DNA from: Felis catus
Taxonomy: Eukaryota
Assembly: GCF_018350175.1 (NCBI RefSeq)
Contig: NC_058368.1
Location: 55,430,001 to 55,494,000 of the forward strand
DNA length: 64,000 bases
Reading direction: 5' to 3'
Shown: piece by piece, positions 58,990 through 64,000 of the stretch
Layout of the letters: every line of letters begins with the position of its first letter
Numbering within the stretch: the first letter of the stretch is position 1
Position numbers and translations under genes: made by a program
Notes under the pieces: model-generated
What the model saw: the letters and a program-made list of their open reading frames with translations, nothing else
The model's database searches: none
What the model was told of the DNA's origin: nothing

Positions 58990-59697
58990 GGTTTTTGTGC
59001 TGGTCTTCTGGAGGAGGGGCCCACTGTGATAATTCTTAGGCACATTTTCTGGAGAAAAGCAGTACCAGCAGAGCCTAGGGGGAGTGAACTTAGGTGTAAG
59101 AAGGTAGGCAGCCAGTGTTAGCACTGTGATGTTTATTAAAGTGGTTTATACTGAGGGGCGAGGGAGAGAAATGGTGCCAGCCATCTCCTTTGTCCCTAGA
59201 GAGGGGGTTCATGCTTGCTACTGTCAGGGAAGCTCTCCCAGAAGAGCAAACAATTTCCCCTCGTGCATCCTAGGCTATTTTCAGATTCCTGTTTTCATAC
59301 TTTCTGTGTCCAGGTTGCTTGCCTGCCTGGTGCAGTGCAGTGCACTTTGGGCTCTATCCTAGCCAGGTCAGCTGAGTTTTAAAACTCCAAACTTTAGGGA
59401 CCTGGAGTGGCAAAGACCTGTGCTGGTCTTCTAGAGGAGGTTCTCACTGCACTGAAGGTTTGACCCTGAAGGGCAGTTGCACCAGAATGCCAGAGTATGG
59501 GGTTTGGAGCAAAGCACATTCAACTGCCAGTGTCTGGGTTAGCTGTCTTCAGCATTTGTCTCTGCACTCATGCTGAGGGGTAGACGAGGGAAATGGCACC
59601 CATCAGCTCTTTTGTCCCTGGAGAAGCAATGCCACCTCTCTTAGATGTGTCCTAAGAAGAGGAAACAGCCTCTCCTAGTGCATTTAAGCAATCTTAC
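58990..59697 (-). repeat. Two ~420-bp tandem monomers in the L1 5'UTR (distal copy truncated)
   Basis: gtgctggtcttct(g/a)gaggagg at ~58998 and ~59420; aaatgg...tttgtccct at ~59169 and ~59591; agaagag.aaaca at ~59242 and ~59655. Confidence 0.85.
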
Positions 59698-59839
59698 TTT
59701 AAAATAGTATGTGAGAAAGATATTCCACTGGTCATTTTTTCCTTTATCTTTGTGCAAAGAACACACAAGCAAGCTGGTGACTTCTTAAAAAAAAAAAAAA
59801 AAGAAGGGTTTCTTGCTTTAGTTACTGCATTAAATGGTA

Positions 59840-60095
59840 CTTTTCTTTCCCTCCTCATTCTTCTCCTCCTCAATGTTCTTCTTCCCCTTCTTTTTTATTC
59901 TTCTTCTCTTTCTGCTTTTCCTCTATCTTTTCTCCTTTCCTCTTCCTTCTCCTCTCCCCTTCCTCATCCTTGTCCTCCTCCTACTCCTTTTTGTTCTTTT
60001 CCTCCTTCTTTTCCCTCTCCTGCTCATGCTCTTCTTGTCCTTCTTCTTCTTTTCCCCTTGCTGTCCTTCCCCATTCCAGTTTCTGTCATCCTTTT
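59840..60095. repeat. CT-rich low-complexity tract
   Basis: About 250 bp of almost pure pyrimidines on the + strand. Confidence 0.9.
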
Positions 60096-60683
60096 ACTTC
60101 AATCTGGTTTTCCCTATATTTTTTTAATTGAAATAATTGTTCCAGTTCTTCTCACCCCTAGGTTCATGTGAGTTCCATATAAAAATTGTGGGTTTTTTTG
60201 TTTTCTTTATATTGAATATATATAGCTGGGGACTGTAACAAACGTCATAGAAAGAAAACCTGTTTAAACTGACCTTCTTCATGGAGCCCTTTAGTAGGAT
60301 ATCAGTAGGATATCCTGCCTTCTGAGACATAACAGCTCCAGCAACAACCCTTTGATTGTCTGTACTTGATGTTTTAACTTTTATTTTTTAAATTGTTAAA
60401 TTGTTAATTTTTTTTATGTTTTAACTTTTAGAGTTCTAGGTTTGTTTTATTTTGTTACCATCGTTTCTTGTCTGAATTTTGTGTATTTTCTTTCAATAAC
60501 AACTACATGATGTTTTCATAGCAAAAAATCATTCAGGTAAAGAAATAGATAAGAAATTTTCTCATACTTGTACTTTTTTCTTGAGTGAATTTTGCTAGTC
60601 TTGTATTATGGCTGCTTTCATAATATTTTAAAATGGATTTTCAAATTAAGTTTGCTTAGGGTCAATTTTTTTTTTCCAATAAT

Positions 60684-60830
60684 GCTACCTATGTGTGTCT
60701 TGGCAAGTCATTCAATTTCTTTATCTCAGCTTTTTTGTTTTTTTTTTAATGAAGTTCATAATAACAGCTAACTCGGTTGTGAGGATTGAATTAATATTCT
60801 TAAACTATATAAATGATTATTAACATATTT
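60684..60830 (+). mobile_element. MIR fragment
   Basis: tgtgtcttggcaagtcattcaatttct...ctcagc...ataataacag...ggttgtgaggattgaatt. Confidence 0.7.
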
Positions 60831-61181
60831 AATAGAAAATATGACAAATTATTATTCTTTCATTTTATGTTTCCATTCCCAAATCACATTTTTGTAATTT
60901 TTCTGGATATTTGTATGAAGTTGTTGTTTTTTTCTCTTATACCTCCATTTTCAAAATACAAAAAATTATACTGATTCAGATATCCTTAGTTCCTCATAAT
61001 GTTTCAAAAATCTTCTGTATTTAGAGATTACCAATTTTTCTCTTGATACTACTACCTCTAGCAAAGGAAGCATTTTAGATTAATTAAAAGAACCCCCATA
61101 CCACATTTTCTGCCTAAAAACTTGTTGACCTTATTTCTATGTAGTAGAGAGGATATGTCTCAGGTTTGGGGTTATGTTTTA

Positions 61182-61184
61182 TTT

Positions 61185-61220
<36 letters not shown>

Positions 61221-61413
61221 AGTTATTTTTAATTTTTAATTTTTTTTTTAATTTGGAGAGTCGGGGGAGGGGCAGAGAGATGGAGACAGAGGATCCAAAG
61301 TGGGCTCCTGGAGGACAGCAGAGAGCCCAATGTGGAGCTTGAACTCACAAACTGACAGATCATGACCTGAGCGGAAGTCGGATGCTGAGCGAACTGAACC
61401 ACCCAGGCGCCCC
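61182..61413 (-). mobile_element. Can-SINE with (TTTA)n tail
   Basis: SINE body ending cacccaggcgcccc. Confidence 0.93.
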
Positions 61414-64000
61414 TGGGCCTATATTTTAATGCACATATTTAAATCATCTATCCCTTGCAAAAGGCAAAGATTCAGATAAAGAGGAAAAGTGTTCTCAAAA
61501 AGATACGATTTTGGGGTCACTTTGATATCAAAGAAGAATTAACTATAAACAATCAAAAAAGGAAGCATTTATATTTCTTTTTTCATCATTAAGAGATATG
61601 GACTTTAATTAAATATGCTTCCCATACTTAACTAATTAAACTCCTCATGGTGCAATCTGAAACTTAGTTAATGGTTGTATTTCTAGATTTTAGATGCAGT
61701 ACTTTTACTTTAAGCAAAGCACGTTTCTAAAAATTGATGGGTTTTATTAAAAAAAATTTTAAATTATTTCTATACATTCTAAAATAAGCTCCTAAAATTC
61801 AACTATTTATATGGATATAGAATTGAAGTAACATATATTTAAATATTGTTTGCTCAATAAATGCCTTAGATAAAATACCCAGTCAATTGAAAATTGGTTC
61901 ATTACTGGGAATATGCAACTCTCCTTAGAGTTCTATATCATTTGGTCATTTGAAGGTAATTACAAAACTACTTTCACTGCCATATGAGTTGTAGCCTAAT
62001 TAAACTAGCCTCTAGGCAGCCACAGTAGTGATTCTGGATAAGCAGCATTTTCTCAAACTCCCCCAATACTACTATATTTCTCACAACTTTGCTGATTTCA
62101 TGTGTTTCTTGCCAACTTCAACTTTTTCATATTTTAATATGACTCAGTGCTGGAATAAAATCTTTCATAGAAGAAAATCAGCAAGATCTCCTTTGAAAAG
62201 AGTAAACAATGAAATTTGTGAAATTGGTAAAAACAACCATCAGGAATAAACATGTATACATTTTATGAACGTGGAGTAAATTATAATTAAATGCTTGCTA
62301 TGCTGTGTTCAAATATAAATTAATGAGAAAGTGAATATATCAATTTAATGGCTATTGTTTCTAAAAGAAATGCAGATATTCATATCTCATATGAATTTAA
62401 ATGCAGATTCTAATGAAAGTTATTAGAAATAATACTTCAGATATTTCTAAAGTTTGGTTTATAAATAGTGTAAATTAACATTTATTTAAAGAAGGTTGAT
62501 GTAACAGTAAGTATATGAAAAATTGTGCAGTTAATAATAAGGAATAACTCATATATTTTCAGGGATTCATGGTATTCATGTGCAATAGAAGTTTCAAATT
62601 CATGTAAATTCATACATTGGTGTATGCAACACTCATTTTATGCCTTAGGACTTTATGACACAAATTTAGGTTTTACATCATATATTTTTATTTCACTTTT
62701 AATTATAAAATATTCTAAATAAATTGAAAAAATATAAAGATTAATGATATATTAAGAACCTTATCCTTCCATTCAGATTTCATAGATTTTTTATTGTCAT
62801 AATTTTTTAAAGACATTTTTAATGATATTTTTAATGAAATGAAATATTAAGATAGTTTTAAGCACACTTTGTTCTTCTTTCTTTTCAATGAGAACCCATG
62901 TCTTTGAATTTGTTCTGTGTTCTTAAGCAAAACATTCATAATTTATAAAAACATACATAAGCACACATATACATACACACACACATTCATATCATAGGTA
63001 TTAAAACATTGGGAAAAAATAAATAAAACACACAAAATTAAAAAAATAAAGTAGCCTTTAAAAAAGAAAATGAAAATAATATTGTTGGATGCTGACTTCC
63101 TACATCAACAAAACGGCATGTAGACGCTGGTGATTAGTTTACTCTGTCACTTGAAAGATATTTCTTTTGCTACTCTTACCTCCTGCTGCTAAGGAGAATT
63201 ATGTTATTGTCGCTGCCATGTAAATGATCTGCAATTTCCAAGTTGCTTTCAGTACTTACTGTCTTTTATGTTGTTGAGTTTCATCAATATGCTTTTATGT
63301 GGATTTATTTCATTTTTTTACAATATTGCTCAGGATTCAGTGATTAATTCAGGTTTTCATCTAATATTTACTGAGGGTTTCCTATGGGTCAAGCACTTCT
63401 CTCTATATAAAGGCATTCTGGACAAGGCAGGCATAATCTGATGCTCACCATGCATATTGGATAACACTGAGTGAACCGTTAGGTCAAAAAAAAATATATA
63501 TGTAATGTGAAATATTAAGTGTTTTTACTAAATTTAGAAAACTCTAAAAGATTATTTTTTAAAATGTTCATTATCCTTGCATCATTTAGGTTTACTATCT
63601 ATTATATTTCCGATTAAATTCATTTTGAGTCTTTTTATTCTCTTATGCACAACTTTACTCTATGTTTCATATTTGTCTTCCTGCTCCATGAAGAATACTC
63701 TGTTTTTCTCACTCTTCTTTCCTTTCCCTGCAAATACTGTGTTTGGGTGAGAGAAAGTAGTAAACAAAAATATTTATTATGCAAATTTGCCCATAAAGTT
63801 TGAGGTGAATGTTATTACAACTTCTCCTTGGAAAAGTAAAAATGTCTGTAGTTCTGAGACTGTATCATACTATCTTTGAATTCCCAGTGTATGGCAATCT
63901 TGCTGAAAACACCCACTTATAAAATTATTTAATTAAATGTCAATATATAAAGATGTATTGTTAGTATATATATGTCATTGAACATAAATGAATTTTAAAT

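Larger units (their letters stand above)
53275..59697 (-). mobile_element. Older carnivore LINE-1, near full-length, with two 5'UTR monomers, internal deletions and five SINE insertions
   Basis: 3'UTR and tail at ~53275-53830, ORF2 fragments ([18 protein letters not shown]), ORF1 remnant at ~57527-58409 and 5'UTR monomers at ~58990-59697. No convincing TSD. Confidence 0.92.

Noticed and set aside
53255..59712. TSD for the old - strand L1 (aatagt near both ends)
   Set aside because: Too short and AT-rich to tell from chance.
59752..60171. 139-aa hydrophobic Leu/Pro/Ser-rich ORF
   Set aside because: Translation of a CT low-complexity tract.

Overview
AT-rich mammalian genomic DNA, almost certainly from a felid: it carries about 29 tRNA-derived Can-SINEs, six of them near-identical young feline-type copies, plus carnivore LINE-1s. 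I found no recognisable host protein-coding gene, RNA gene or CRISPR array, and nearly all ORFs in the track come from repeats or chance. The window is dominated by three large L1s. (1) A full-length decayed + strand copy at 7210-14700 with a TSD and a 2.2-kb 5'UTR. (2) A very young full-length - strand copy at 35290-41256 with intact ORF1 and an ORF2 broken by only one nonsense change and one 1-nt deletion. (3) An older - strand copy at about 53275-59697 with a monomeric 5'UTR, internal deletions and five SINE insertions. Also present: a class I ERV remnant, solo LTRs, a MaLR provirus, Tigger and hAT DNA transposons, and old L1M, L2 and MIR fragments. The most notable observations follow. (a) The young L1 carries what looks like two serial 3' transductions, with three poly(A) tracts inside one perfect 17-bp TSD. 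(b) The ERV at 3965-6712 has the R-U5...U3-R-poly(A)+TSD structure of an L1-made processed copy of an ERV RNA and keeps an env immunosuppressive-domain remnant. (c) An antisense ORF with a strong Kozak ATG lies in the young L1 5'UTR, and its start context recurs in the older L1's monomers, making it a candidate carnivore analogue of primate ORF0; a conserved YY1 site is an equally plausible explanation. Subfamily names are from memory of consensus motifs and need RepeatMasker/Dfam confirmation.
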